Origin: Chara braunii
Lineage: Eukaryota; Plantae; Charophyceae
Length of the DNA stretch: 53,106 bases
Assembly (NCBI GenBank): GCA_003427395.1
Contig: BFEA01000027.1
Coordinates: 601,058 to 654,163, forward strand
Direction of reading: 5' to 3'
The position numbers were made by a program, and so were the translations under genes. The notes under the pieces were generated by a model. That model searched no databases and was not told the origin of the DNA. It was given only the letters and a program-made list of their open reading frames with translations. Shown piece by piece: positions 1 to 13,687 of the stretch. Each line of letters starts with the position of its first letter. Position 1 is the stretch's first letter.

Positions 1-88
1 CCCCCCACCAATCAATCAATCAATCAATCAAAAAAAAAAAAAAAAAATCGAATGTATCGCCCGCTGGAACATGGAATTATACAGTACT

Positions 89-130
<42 letters not shown>

Positions 131-200
131 TCGTGTGTGTGGGGGGTGGGGGACTCCGCCCTCACCAATCAATCAATCAATCAATCAATCAACGGGGGGA
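1..200. repeat. Microsatellite cluster: (CAAT)n, poly-A and (GT)n
   Basis: Direct reading: caatcaatcaat at ~8-30 and ~166-192; (gt)n at ~91-126. Confidence 0.95.
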
Positions 201-639
201 AAAAACAAAAACAAAAAAAACGGCGTTGTTTGGGGTTGGGGATGTGCCGGCCCATGCCACCACTCAAGTTTTTTGTGCCCCTCCCTAGCGGCTGCCATCC
301 GTCGGCGAAGTCGCGCCACGCTTAGCCGCCACCGAAAGAGATTCGTAGTTGAGAATATTTACTTTGCCGATTTTTTATAATCAAAATCATTGTTGAAAAA
401 TATGAGAGGGACACAAATTGAGCAATGATCTTTCCAAAAAACAACAACAACAATAACAACAAAAACAACAACAACAACAACAACAACGGGCCCAACTCTG
501 TTGGTACACCCATGGACTGTTGAAATACAGACTTAAGTAGGAATCCTCATACTATCAGATGAACAAACTGAAATCGTTTTAAATTGTCTGGGCCGGTCAG
601 TTCAATGATGATATCTCAAAGTCATCACCCTTAAAAAAT

Positions 640-1930
640 AAAAATAAAAATGATGGAAGTTCCAAAGAGATTGGGAACAAGATGAAAAGAGAACATCTAA
701 AGGAATATTACTGCAAAAATTCAAGGAAAAAGTTTAGACTAAAGAGAGATCACCTTTTTGTGGATGACAAGAGAGAATTGTCTGTGGGAAAGAAAGACAA
801 TTAGAAATAATTGTTGCTCTACATGAGGGGGTTGTTGGTGGTCATAAAGTTGTTGAAGCAACCTACTCTAAGACAGTTAAACTCTACTTCTGGTCTGGCA
901 TGACAGCCGTGATTTACAGATTCTATAAGTCATGGTTGCTATATCAGAAAAGGTGTACAACGAGGATAATTGAGCATTTATTTCCTACTATCTTGGTATA
1001 ACCAGGCAACCGAGTTCACTTGGATCTCATTATCATGGCCCTAGGCAAACGTGGTATGAGATACATATCGAACATGAGGGATAATTTCTCTGGGTATGTT
1101 GAGGCAAAGACTCTGAAGAGGAAAAGAGTCGAGCAAGTGGTTGACTGGAAAGAGGAAGTTCATCTCAGATATCCCTTAATCAGAGAGTTTGTTTCAAATA
1201 GAGGATCATAATTCAGAAATGAGATTGTAAGAAGAACCACTCTCAGGCTGGGAGTCAGGATTCGATATGTAACTCCTTACTATCCGCAAGCAAATGCTCC
1301 AGTCGAGAGAGGTCACAGGACTATGAAAAATTTGTTGCCTAAATGGTGTGAAAGGGATCTCAGTAATTGGTCAAAAGTTCTAAGAACTGCAGTTTATGTT
1401 GATAACATTATTATAAAGAGAACCGATGGCTACGCTCCGTTTACTCTGTGGTATGGTTGGTATACTACTTTGCCTATTGAGAGTATAGTCAAAACATGAA
1501 CGAGTCAAGAAAGTGACAAAGAGTACTCAATTTCAGAGCTTCTTCATATCAGAATGAGACAAATATCAGAGGTTGATCAAACTCTAATGGATGCTGCAGT
1601 GAGAGTGACAACCAACCAATTATCAAACCAAGAAAGATGAAACAAGAAGATGTACATAAGAAAAAAGAAATGAAAAGTCGGTGACATTGTCCTTCTGTTC
1701 GACAACTCCCTTGAGACTCAGTAGACCAAACGGTTTGAGCCCAGATGACTCGGTCCCTAGAGAATTACAGGAGAGGCAGAGGGCAAAGTCTATGAGATAT
1801 TGACGATTGATGGTTCAAAAGTTCATGATATGGTATCAGGGACAAAACTTCATAAGTTCATCTTCAGAGACCCTGACATAGTTCCTACGATGATCAAAAA
1901 GAAAGGGAAGAAAATGTCAACCGTCTAATA
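640..1930 (+). pseudogene. Decayed Ty3/Gypsy integrase (zinc finger, core, GPY-type C-terminus)
   Basis: Manual translation gives VALHEGVVGGHKVVEATYSKTVKLYFWSGM, VHLDLIIMALGKRGMRYISNMRDNFSGYVEA and YYPQANAPVERGHRTMK. These match the integrase of the element at 24000-25400 (VAELHDGVVGGHRAVKGTYEKVRRLYWW; VHIDLVKM). Many stops and frameshifts. Confidence 0.9.
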
Positions 1931-2879
1931 AGAGAGTAGTTTCAGAAAGCAGGAAAAAAACACAGTGAGATAGCGAGACACTGCAAGGATTAAAGTTTCA
2001 GCAGATCCTGGTTACTCTTGCATTGTCAGTTCAGTATGTCGACTTTCAACATGTCGGCTTTGACACGATAAATTTAAGGGAGAGTTTTCGGACAATTCAT
2101 GTCCGTCTCTGCATGTGAACGAATTCTCTTATTTCTGCAAGTGATAGAGTCAATGAGATCAAAGTGTCATTGATGCAGAGTCACAGTCGGTCCACGAGTA
2201 TCAGATCCATGAGTGGGGAACAACTGCAAGGTACAGTTGCAGTGAGAGGGTGATAAAAGATCATCCTTCTAAGCATTGATGCAGTATCAGGTTCAGAGAA
2301 CCTGTGATTGTGACACGTCAAAGAGTAATAAATATTAATTCCTTATAATTATGAGGAAGTTTGACAGGCATAAAGAAGTTCAGCTCTACGGGACTGGAGA
2401 GTTGTTAGTAGAGGGACTTCGTGTCTTCTGACTGAGTTGTCTGTCTAAGCGAATGATCAAGAAGATAAGTATAAAAAATTTCAACCTTGCTCTTACTAGA
2501 GAGTTGTCAACAGGGGGAGTTCGTGTTTCTTGACTAAGTTGTCTATTTTTTGTCTCAAATAAGGGAAGGGACCTCTTTGTGGTCAGTATCTTTACACTTT
2601 CTCGAGGCTGACGAGAGATCTCTTGGGAGTATTCTGAACTGAGGGAAGAGACCTCTTTAGAAAAAACACTTTGTATTATCTGAGGTTGAAGGAAGGTCTC
2701 TAGGGTATAGAGAGTCGGTTGTTTATTGTTGTTGTTTAGTGCCTCATGAGACTGAAGAGACGTCTAGTGAGAAATGTTTGTCCTGATATCTGGGGCATGG
2801 ACTATCTGACAGAGGGATTGATATGTTTATTTGACTGTTTGTATCAGGGGTTTTCTTGTTTAACATAAGATGCGTTGAT

Positions 2880-3435
2880 TATCGGGGCTAGTCATAACTT
2901 TACCGCTGTAGGTTGCAATCATGTGGGGTCGACAGGTCCCTAACTCGAGCGTCAAATTTCGTAGTTGACTGAGGCTAAGACCCCGGGGGTCTGGCCTGTG
3001 AAGTTAAAAGGGGTCCGATGGAACCCTAGCGTAGTCAGATTATGCAATCCAGTAAGGTTCGTTAGAGCATGGAATCGTCGTTAGACCGGGTCCTACGTTC
3101 AAAAATATGGGCGGGGCAGCCAACACCCTAGGCTAAAAACTGGTGGGTGAATTGGTCGCCAACCACAGTGGTCAAATCCGGATACGGGCCAGTTGGACTG
3201 GCGGGAGATATACTGTCATGAGGGGACCAGACCCACTGTCCTGGCATGAGGTGCGCCAAAGGGTCATCATACTCGAGTAGTGGGTATGGTGGTCCTGACC
3301 TGGAGGCAGGTTAAAGGGGTTGTCAAGACAAATGGTCTAATTAGTCCTGGTCTGAGGCGGGCCGAATGAGAGTTGTCAGATTGACAGGAGGTCTGCAACC
3401 CCTGGTCAGTGGTGGGTCAAAACCAAGGCAATCAA
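2880..3435 (+). other. GC-rich structured island in the 3' non-coding region of the left Gypsy remnant
   Basis: Several inverted repeats: agacccc/ggggtct, gggtcc..ggaaccc, ccagtt/gactgg, aggggttg..caacccct. AT-rich flanks. Confidence 0.45.
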
Positions 3436-6400
3436 TAACTTTTGGGTGTGAGAGACTGTTCATATTATTTATTATTCTGTTATGGGTTTTTATTTTATTT
3501 TTTTTATTTAATTATTTCTTGATGACTGTTTTGTCAAGGGGTGTATGTTGGGAACATGCTTGGTGGTTTGTGAACTTGATGTTTTGCAGGCTCATGCAAG
3601 CTCACCTAAGAGTTCCCAGACCAGAGAAAAATAAAGACGTTTGATATCCCCCATTTATCTGTTTGAGAAGTTGAGGGCACGCCTCATTTGGACCAAAAAA
3701 AGAAAACGGGGTTTGGTATCCCCCAAGTTGCTTGAGAGTTGAGAAGACTCTCACTCAGGTCAGAGAACAAAGAAAGGGTTTGGTATGCTTCACCCCTGAT
3801 ATTGTTGACAATGAGCGTTCACAGTGTCAATACCTGACTTACAACATCCTCGAAGATCACTATCAGTAATGTGAGACGAGGTAAATTTTCCACTGTAAGA
3901 GATCAAATAGAAGTTAGATTTCAAGATAGCAGGAAGTAAAAGTCAACTGCAGATGAAAAGAAAATTGAGACAGAATACTTCTTAAATCTTATTGGTGGTC
4001 GACCAAGCAGCCTGGTTCACGAGGAACCTGCATCCCCGGCCTCAGGGTACTCCAACTCTTAAGCCAGGGATGCTATGAGGTATGGAATGAAAAAAGAAAT
4101 CAAGAGAAAGAAAAGATCTAGAGATTCAAAGGAAAGACCTCGTGCTTATGCAAGATATGAAAGATAATCATAATTCTATTTGGAGCAACGTGAGAAGACA
4201 GAAAATGCAGCAGAGAGTGCAACTACTGAGCTGGGGCAGAGAGGGAGTCACGCATGGAATAGAGGATGAAGGTACATGTACTAATGTCGTGCTTGTCACG
4301 TGGGTGATAGGTACTCTAGGGGAGTATAGAGGGGAGGAAGTGATGGGAGCGCCGTAACGCGCCTCATATTTCTTTCGATAATATTTTATCTTCGTTGGGG
4401 ATGGAGTTCTCTCGTATCATCCAGCGAATGAGTGACGTGGGTAGGCCCTTGAGTGGGTCTCATACCCGAACCTCTCTTCTTCCTCTTCCTCCGAGTTGAT
4501 GTGCCTTCTGGCACGCGGTGCTGGCTCCTCTGGAGCCTTCCCTCCTCTTCCGCCTCTCCCTCTTCCCTGTCCATGTTGTGCCTCATGCATAGTGCAAGAA
4601 GAGTCAAAGAAAAAGGCGGCATACAGTTACGGGGGTTGAGGCTGACTGTACTACGAGAACAAGGGATTCGCGCTGCGATTGTGCGGATCACACATGAGCG
4701 TTGCACAATAGAGTTAGAAAAATGTAATGCATGCTGCGGCAGACGCGAACTAACAACTAGCACAAGAAACGTTGCTATGGGCCAAGGTGGTAATGAAAGA
4801 GTTCGTTCTTGGTTCGCACATGTTTTATACTAATTGCCTACTGCGTGTTTGGCCCAGTGGGGACGCTGGGTGGGGGTTTGGTATCACGTCGGAGGGCGCG
4901 GTGTCCCAGCCCTCCGCTACGTGTTAGACATCGCCTCGTGTACCACGCTGCGTATGTGGTGCCTGCTCATGTACGTTCATTGTACGACTGAAGACCCACT
5001 CACCGACCTTCACTGTGTACCGGGCGTCCGGTCACATACCTTCGCGGTGCACCAGGCCTCCTAGTCTATAGGCCTTTGTAGCGTAGAGGGCCGTACCTTA
5101 GGTGCATCCTGTTGGGGGACTGGTCGAGTTGGCGTTTCCGGTGATAGAAGAATGGGTTCGCTGCTGGATTTTCGGTTGTTCCACACAGGTTTGGCACCCT
5201 GTCGTGCAACTCAGTGCAATCGGTGTGTCAAGGCAGCCGCCGAGCTCACACAACGAAAACCGGAGTGGTCTCGTCAAGACGCGCGCCGAGTCCCTGTAGC
5301 TGGGTTAGGGGGTGGGAGCTGTGACGGCGGTTAGTGTCAGTAAAAAAGAGATACAAAGAAAAAGGGAAAGAGAAAGGGGGAGAAAGTTGAACGCTAAGTT
5401 TCGGAACCGTGCCTAGAACTAAATCGTTGTTTTGTGTCTTGAGGTCTGGTGGTTTTGGTGGTGTCGCTGCGCAGGAGAATTTTGAAATGTTGTTTCCCTC
5501 TTCCTGATTTTATTACTATTATTATTTATTTTTTCTCTTCAATTTTCCTTCGCTACTTCGCGGAAAAACTAACGGTTCATTATGAATCATGAACTGCAGA
5601 CTGGTGGCCGAGGCTGGCCAGGCCCCTTCGCATTTCACTCTATCACTGATACGACTAGTCGAGCGCCACATGATGGGACCCCAAAATGAGAGCACCCGCG
5701 ACGGTATTGGTAGGAAATTCATCACCTTATGGAAACTCGTGAATCCCTTCCTTGCCATTGGACATGGGTACCCACTTGAAGTAGTTTGGTGGCTTCTATT
5801 GAAGGGAGGAAGAATCTGGTCCATATCTCGTTATGGGATCACTACGCGCCGGACCAGCAGTCGTTTCAGGTTAAGATTGAAAAGACAGAAGACGCAGTCC
5901 GCATGATCGCACTCCAGCGGTGACTGTCGAAGATTCGGCTTAGTTTTAATATCATTATCGTTTAATAAAGCAAAAAGATATATATATATGTAATTTTCTT
6001 GATATTTACTCGTCAAATAATGAGTGTTGAAGGGTTTTATCATATCTCATTTAGTACGCAGAGGTTATGGCCTCCTAAGAAGCTTTTTTTTTTTTTTTTT
6101 TTTTGAAAACGTGCTCCAATCTATTCGTGGGGAGCAGCACGTGCTGGGAATCGGGCCTAGTGTCCCATATGAAGACATGTACAAAACAATTTATGAACCA
6201 ATTAAGGTACCGAGTTTCAGCTACGAGGGTATCCTCCAAGATCGTGAACAAGTTACTGGACTTCAGGATAGATGATGAGAAGACTAATTTTTTGTTATGA
6301 TCGCTAAACACCTCCTGAAATCCACCGCAATTGTTTGAACACTCGAGTATCTAAGGGATTTCCAACAGATCATAACAAAGCTCACTAAAACTGACTTATT

Positions 6401-6789
6401 CTTTGACAAACTCGTCCAGGCCTCACGCCCCCTATCTGCTAGGTTACAGAGCAACGCGACTCACTCCAGCTCTGGCCAGTGTCGTGCTGTGTCAGCAACC
6501 CCCAACTGTCCCTTAAGATGCCCCCGCATATCATCCCCGATCTCTCTACAAGGCCTCATGCCCTCACCTTCGGCAAGTTAAAGGGCATCACCCCGGCTCC
6601 GGCCAACGTCGTTCTGGCATTGAACAGCCATGGATCTTGAGTATAGCAGTCTAAATCCAGTGCAGCTTCGTACAAACCACCAGCAGATCCTCAGAGTCCC
6701 GATAGATTCTTCAAACTACTAGGAATAACAAGAGTGTTTGTTTAAGTCCCACCGAATACTAACAAAGGATATAGAAATTCCCCTATGTC

Positions 6790-7520
6790 CCCCTCGTCCC
6801 TCTGCCCCATCGTTGCCTCCACCAGAAAGGACCGCCCCTGATCATGGACACTCCTCATCGGCCCCAACTTGGGACAGGCCCGTTTCCCCCCCTACTCCCA
6901 CAAAGACATCCAGTTCCCACCCAAAGTATGCCTCTGCCGACCCCTTACCCTTGTCTGCCACCGCTGGGATATGATGCCGACCCATACATCTACCCCAGCC
7001 CCAGAATAGAGCATCCCCCAAAATTTGCCCCATCTCCCTTCAGGGCAATCACCTCCCTCCTTATGAAGCCCTTGCAGAATAGAGCTCTCCCCCCCAGAAC
7101 CAACCCACCACCCCACCAGAAATAATTTGTTTATGCTTTAGAAGAGAATCAGAATTCTGAACGTTTCTGTTGATTATTTCCCCCCCCTCCTTTCCATCTC
7201 CCTCTGTCCCTCCGCTGCCTCCACCGAAAAGGACTACCTTGATCACAAGCTCTCATTATCGGCCCCAACTTGGGACATACCTGCTTCCTCCCCCAACTTC
7301 CACTAAGGCATCCAGTTCCACCCAAAGTATGCATCAGCTAGCCTCTCACCCGTATCAACCTCCGTTGGGATATGATGCCAACCCATACATCTCTCTCATC
7401 CCCAGAATAGGGCATCCCCTAAAAATCTGCCCCCACTCCTTCCAGGGCATTTCACCCCCCACCTTGTGAAGCCCGTGCAGAGTAGAGCTCTCCTCCTTAA
7501 AACCCCAACCCCCCACCCGT
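6790..7520. repeat. Diverged direct duplication, period ~400 bp
   Basis: 6799-7110 and 7201-7520 share colinear blocks: atcggccccaacttgggaca, catccagttccacccaaagtatgc, gggatatgatgcc.acccatacatct. Confidence 0.85.
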
Positions 7521-7689
7521 GCAAAAAAATTCATTAGTGGGCCCAAAGGGGAATCAGAAATTAATAGTGGAGAAAAAAAAAAACGAAGAATTTAGGAAAT
7601 AGGATTCCTAAGATATGAGTGGAAGAATCGAAAATTTCTGAAAATTATGATGGAGAAAAGGTAGATGAGATTTTTTTTTAATTTTGCTG

Positions 7690-7920
7690 ATGACGATGAA
7701 CAACACCCTGAAGATTATGATGATGAGGATGATGGTGACGACCAACTTACCTGATGGTGTGAAAGGCAAACAATGCCTTGAAGAGCAACATCTAATGATG
7801 ACAAACTGATGATGATGATGATGATGATGATGATGGTAGTGATAAGAATGAAGACAAAATGATGGTGTTGATCATACTAAAGAGCAACAACAACAACCCC
7901 TATGATTACCAATTGATAAT

Positions 7921-7951
<31 letters not shown>

Positions 7952-8490
7952 CACAGCGCCCTGTGATGACAACAGGATGATGATGGTGCTGATGACGAGC
8001 ACCTTTAATGATAACCTAATGATGATGATGATAATGATGATGATGATAGGGATGAGCAACGCTCTATGATGACGAACTTCGCCAACCGCGCCCTATGACG
8101 GTGAACTATTGATGATGGTAATACAACGATGAGTGACGAGCAACACCCCTGAAGAACGACTCCTTGATAATGATGATGATACTAGTACCAAACCGAAGTG
8201 AAGACCTACGCCTTGATGATGATGACGAGCAGTACCCTGACGATGATGATGGTGATGACGAGCAGCACCCTGATGATGATGACGAACCATTACCATGATG
8301 ATGATGTCGAACCACACCCTGTTGATGATGATGATGATAATGATGATAATGATGATAATGATGATGACGAGCAGCACCCTGATGATGATGATGAACCATT
8401 ACTGTGATGATGGTGTCGAACCGCGCCCTGTTGATGATGGTACTGGTGGTGATCAATGCCCCGTTGCTGATGACGAGCAGCGCCCTGATT
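7690..8490. repeat. (GAT)n-rich low-complexity minisatellite
   Basis: Runs of gatgatgat with a recurring gacgagcagcaccctgatgat unit. Confidence 0.9.
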
Positions 8491-9028
8491 GTGTTGACAC
8501 ATCTACTTCCTCATGATTGCAGTCAACACTGCACTCGCACTTCAGTTTACCAAGGACTGGCTTCATTGTACTCCACAGGTGTCGACATAGCCAACGCCTC
8601 TCAAGCCATATGCCACGTGCAAAAACGCAGCGACAATGGAGTGAAACGTGGAACTCCCAGAAGAAGAAAAATGGGAGTTAGTCCAGCCGCCACATCAGCT
8701 TGTGACGTGGCGTGGACAAGCGCCTTCGGTCACCTGCGCGTGCGCAAAGCGCCTGGTTTACAGAAGAGATGGCCACCATCGTTGCCTAGTGCCATCACCA
8801 TGGCCCACCTGTGCGATGTTGCAACCCGGGGCGGAGCGCAGCGCTCCCGGTAGCGCCGCGCCCCACCCTCGCTCCTCCTGAGAGGCTTATAAGAGCAGCA
8901 AGTGGCCTATTTGGCTATCGAGTTGTGGTGAGTGTCAGGGACGCCCCTCGTTGGTTGAAAGTTGGAATGCATGTCACTACTAGCTGATTGGTAGTGTCCC
9001 GCCTGCACCGAAAACTTACTGGCAGAAG

Positions 9029-12000
9029 TTGCACACTATTCGGAGTCGGCGGCCTAGTATCCAACACGGTCTATTCAAAGGAGACTCAACTATGGTGCGC
9101 AGAAGTGGGTTGTATAGCTATAGGCCAAGGTACCGCCAGTTCCTCTGGAGGTGGGCGCGAATGTCAGGAGAGGAGCCAATGGTGACCGCCATTTTGGATT
9201 ACAGCCATTGCAACCAGGAGGCAAGGCTAAAAATAAATGTAGAAGGGGGGAAAGAGGAGGAAATGAGAGCGGACCAGCGATTACAGGCGGCCATCACGGA
9301 AGCCAAGGACAGGGCTAAGAGAAGGTGCAAGAGAGATGGGGTCACGGATGAGGTGAAGGTTACTGTTTCGTACTTGGAAGGAGAGACCTCAACAGATACG
9401 ACGGAATGGGAGCAAGAACACTTGGACCGGGACACTGAGCCCGAGAGCGAAGCCAGTGACCTAAATGCGGAGACCCAGTCCTGGCACGGACTGGAACAAT
9501 GGCGGAGGGACCACCCGCCGGCGGGGCCTGTGGAAGACGGCCCGGAGGCCAGCTCACGACGACGGAAGGACCAGGACCGCTAGGCTGCTGGACACTAAGA
9601 TCAACCACGGTCGAGGCCAAGCGGGGAGGAGCAATTCGGGTAGGCAGGTACTGGCGGTATGACTCAGGGCGATAAACATTTCACTCAGGAGGAGCGACAT
9701 TACAGGCAGAGTTGCCACGTCTTGAGAGAGAGAGGCAGAGAGAGGATGGTGAAGGGTCTGCGTTTGTCGGCGTCAAGTTGACTTCTGTGCAGGAGGAATG
9801 TGAACAGTGAGCTTTACCTCTTTCGTGAGAGGACGAGAGTTGGTGTGTTAGGGCGGTGACTCGGAGGTCAACGTTTGAGAGAGAGGTCTCTGAGCGCGGT
9901 GGCGAGCGGTTACAGGACTACGAGAGAGGGGCATCCAAAGAGAGAGAGGCAACATTTTCTTTGTTGACGTCAGCCTTCGATGGGCATGTCAAGAGAAGGG
10001 ACTACGTGTACACGGTGCACAATCTACTAGTGAGGGAGATTGATGATGCTGAGTTATGCTTTAGCAATTGGACAAGCTACCCGACGGGTTCGTGAGAGGA
10101 CGGGAGCGTCGTGCCGGAGAGCGTGCGGGGGATGTCTTGAACACCGGCTCGCTAAGGCCGCAAGGAAGTGGCTGAAAACGATGGTGGCGGTTGGACCAGT
10201 TCTTGTGGGTTGAGCAGTCACGATCAGGGCGATGGTGTAGAAGCGGAAACGTGAGTGACTGCTCGCTCGCACGGGGGGTCTTTCACTAGACGTCATGGCC
10301 AGAGTCTTCCCTCTCGGTGACTGCCTCCTCCATCGGATGCTCCATATTCGTACGCTTGTGATAGAGCCACCTACCATTGTGCACGACTCCTGACACCCAT
10401 TGATTGACCCTAGGATGACAGAAGTGCGATGTTGCGCGCCTTCTGTTACCATGTGTTTGACTCGCGTCACCTCCTCCGCCTTGTTGAGATTAGCGAGGGC
10501 GGAGCATTGGCAGGGATTGAACCCTGCGCGTGACTTGATAAAAAAGGGACCGACCGTGTGAAAGTGGGTACGGGCCAACTACGAAAGAACGCCCCATCGA
10601 CATCATCTGTAATCTTCTTGCGGGATGAACGCTGTGAAGAGTTTCAGGTAATCAGAGTATAAAGTCGCGGAGCTGTCTCAGTCTGAGAGAGGGAGAATGA
10701 GAGAGGTTCACAATACACGAGGTTATATTGAGGCCGCATGACTGCGGCTGTCGTTAATAATCCCTCTTCAATAGGTAACAATTACGTTGTGTGCCAATTA
10801 AAGTCTCCACTTAACAGTCTCTCATTGATGGATGATCTTCAGACGAGTCTAGAGCCACGAGCATTCATTTCATCACGGCTGACTGTCTTATGTGAGGTCT
10901 TAAAGTTGGCACTGGTCATGGTTGTGCGGAACCCAACTGAACATGTGGTTGCTAGTTGGTTCAGTAACGTTATTCCCTTTGCGCGGGTCTTATCATTTGC
11001 AGAGGGGTTTGCCTTGTTTTTCCATCGTCATTGGAGTGACCCATTCTTACTGTTAGGAGAGCTTAAGATCGACATGATTGCCTGCGAGTCTCATGTTTGA
11101 GTTGACGGCAGCCAGAACGTGAACGTGAATACATTAAACGAGTGATTTGCAAACGACGTAGGTAGGCGTGGCTGTTGTTCATGAGCCTTATGATGGTTTC
11201 TTGTACTAGTCTCGGTAGTCTTAATCACGAGAGATCTAACTATGGTCGTGCCAACCCAGGATACTTTTGAGCGTCTTCTGGTGGCTTCCAAGCCAACCCA
11301 TCACAAAAGGAAACTTGGTCTCTGTATATGGAGGTTGTTGCATGTATGAGCAAACTCTTCAGTAAGTCGTTCTAAGTCCTTTTGTGAAAGTGAAAAACGA
11401 TCGCTGCAGATTCTTGAAAGCTCAAAGTTTATAAAGATAAAGCCTCAAACAAACCTCGTTTAAGGGAGTTCCCTCTTCCCTCCACCATTTAGAGTCATGC
11501 TATGTTTATTGCCTCGTGATGGTTTTGTATGTGATCAAGTTAACGAACGGATTCTTGGGCTTTGATAGTTCATCTAAACGTAAACTAACGAGGCCGCGTG
11601 CTATAGGGTGTTGGCATACCTCATGCGACTCAGGTTTGTGAATGACTAAGTAACTAGTCTTCGGGAGCACGCGGAAGCAAACTCAAAGTAGAGTTTGAAA
11701 TCTCATGATCCATCTGATTGAAGGTTAATCGCTAACTGAGGTGGCTAGGATAGCAACTTTCATCAGTACTGACTCGACTTTGGGAACATCGTTCGGTCCC
11801 ACTACTTGATGATAATTGAGTGATGAGCATTGGAGGAAGGAAGAAACAACTGAGAATGATAGTTTACTTGATCGTGAAGTTTCTGCTTGATGGGGATTAG
11901 CTTAACACTGACGATTGGTCGATCTGAATGTTGGGATTGCCAGGGGATTATAGTCCTACAAAATGGTGCATTGAGCAGGGTGAGTTGGATTTACATTCAC

Positions 12001-12400
12001 TAACCTTGCTCTAACCCAGAGGGCAAGACCTGTAAGCCTTGACTAGTATCAGCATATCGTAGCATGTCCCTGTGGTTGCGTTGGGAGCCCTCCTACGAAC
12101 TCTCCTTCCCTTCAAGTGAGATGCGCACCGTCGCTTAGTGACAAAATTACGGAATTGCCCCAGCCAAACTTGCAATTCTCGAACCAAACTCAGGCCTTTC
12201 CTGGGGCAAGTTTCACGGGTGTCTCTAACCTTGGAACTACAGGTGTTAGTGCGCGCGGATGACCGCTGCGCTCATTGCTGTTCCACTAAGTTGGGAAAAC
12301 AACAAACAAACATAAAACTTTTTAACTGCTACTTATGAACGTAATTGAATGTCGAGCTCTGGAACCCACAAAAAGTGCTAATAATCCTTACACAGGAAAA
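9029..12400 (+). mobile_element. Highly decayed non-LTR retrotransposon (LINE): ORF1-like remnant plus RT remnant
   Basis: RT motifs in the expected order across shifting frames. GDYSPT at ~11945 resembles NYRPI. LD/LVSAYRSMSLWLRWE at ~12040 resembles DxxKAYDSV..LW. *QNYGIAPAKLAILEP at ~12140 resembles RQGCPLSPLLF..LEP. VLVRADD at ~12250 resembles LLYADD. EGFALFF at ~11000 may be the endonuclease GGVAIL motif. Boundaries are uncertain. Confidence 0.55.
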
Positions 12401-13687
12401 CTTAATGGAAATACGGCTTAATACTTTAAGTCCTGTTCAAACAATGTTCCATTATTTATTTTGACACTCTTTCGTTGGATTGGTCTGATGATCATCAGCG
12501 GGTTAATGCATCAGACTTCACCTGGCAACATCAACCCTATCTGAGGCTATCTCCCGTCGTGACATCTTACTCTCACTCAATCAAAACTCGGGAGTACTTT
12601 CGTCGTTGGTCATGCCAGAGCAAAGCTTCAATAAGTTCGGCTACCCACTACGCTCACCCTCTTAAATATCTTTCTTAAAGTCCTCTAGTGGAGTGCAGCC
12701 CTGTGATCCAGAAAGACTCACGACACTTTGCTGTCAGCATTTAGGTAATTGATGATCTGTTTCTCGTCAGCATTCAATCACATGAGACGTCGTTAGTTAC
12801 CCTCAGTCAGAATTCATTGTCACTCGACCATTGCTTGTTAACTCTTAGATAGATATCAATCAGTCAGTCAATTCAGCTTCTCGTCAGAAGAGATTGAGAT
12901 CGATTCGAGCATATACCGCAGCAAGGGAGTGCACCCCTGTCGCCTTTGATCTGAGATTCGTTATTAACTGCTCTTAACCAGACCGCCCCAAGTCAGCGTC
13001 ACCTTGCAGTTCATATCTCGCCTCAGCATTAAGTCAGCAACAGATAACCTGAGTATAGAGGAATCTTCAACTGCATTCCTGAAAATATTAGAGATCAAGC
13101 GATACCAAAATCCTCTGCACCAATTGGTTAAGCCAAAAGTTAATTGTAGGTCAGGCATGAAAAAGCAAACCATGGGTAGTAAAGACAATCTGGGAATGAC
13201 TTGCGTTCTCTATCGAGACAGAAAGGACGGTTGGGAGGAAAAGGCAATCAATGATATTCAGCATAGCCTATAACTAATGAGAGTGGGTGCACTGTAAGTA
13301 GTAAGGGGTCAAAAATATATTGCGTACACCTATTTCTACGGATCAGACAGACAGTTGCATAACACACTCTCCTCCATTGAGACCGTTGGTCAAACAAGAG
13401 AGGTCGTCAGTAGCCAATAGTGCAAATGAAAAGGAGGGATATCTCATAAACGACATGCATAATACGGTAGGGGCGAATAGATAAAGCGGGAAAACATTGG
13501 GACATTACATGGCAGCATTCGACAGTCAGATGTGAGAGAGACCACCCAATACTGTCTTGAGACAAATCACTGGTCAAGCACGCTGAACAATGTGAATCTA
13601 GTAAGTGAGGCAATCGACAATCTCGCCGCTTGACACAGTCAGCCAAATCATAGAATTCATTGGAATCTAGTTGCTACTAATTTTCAC

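Noticed and set aside
4320-5600. Possible PPT and 3' LTR of the left Gypsy remnant
   Set aside because: A purine tract followed by TG exists near 4330-4342, but there is no second LTR copy in the window to confirm boundaries.
7877-8516. His-, Met-, Asp- or Ile-rich ORFs
   Set aside because: Products of (GAT)n low-complexity repeats.
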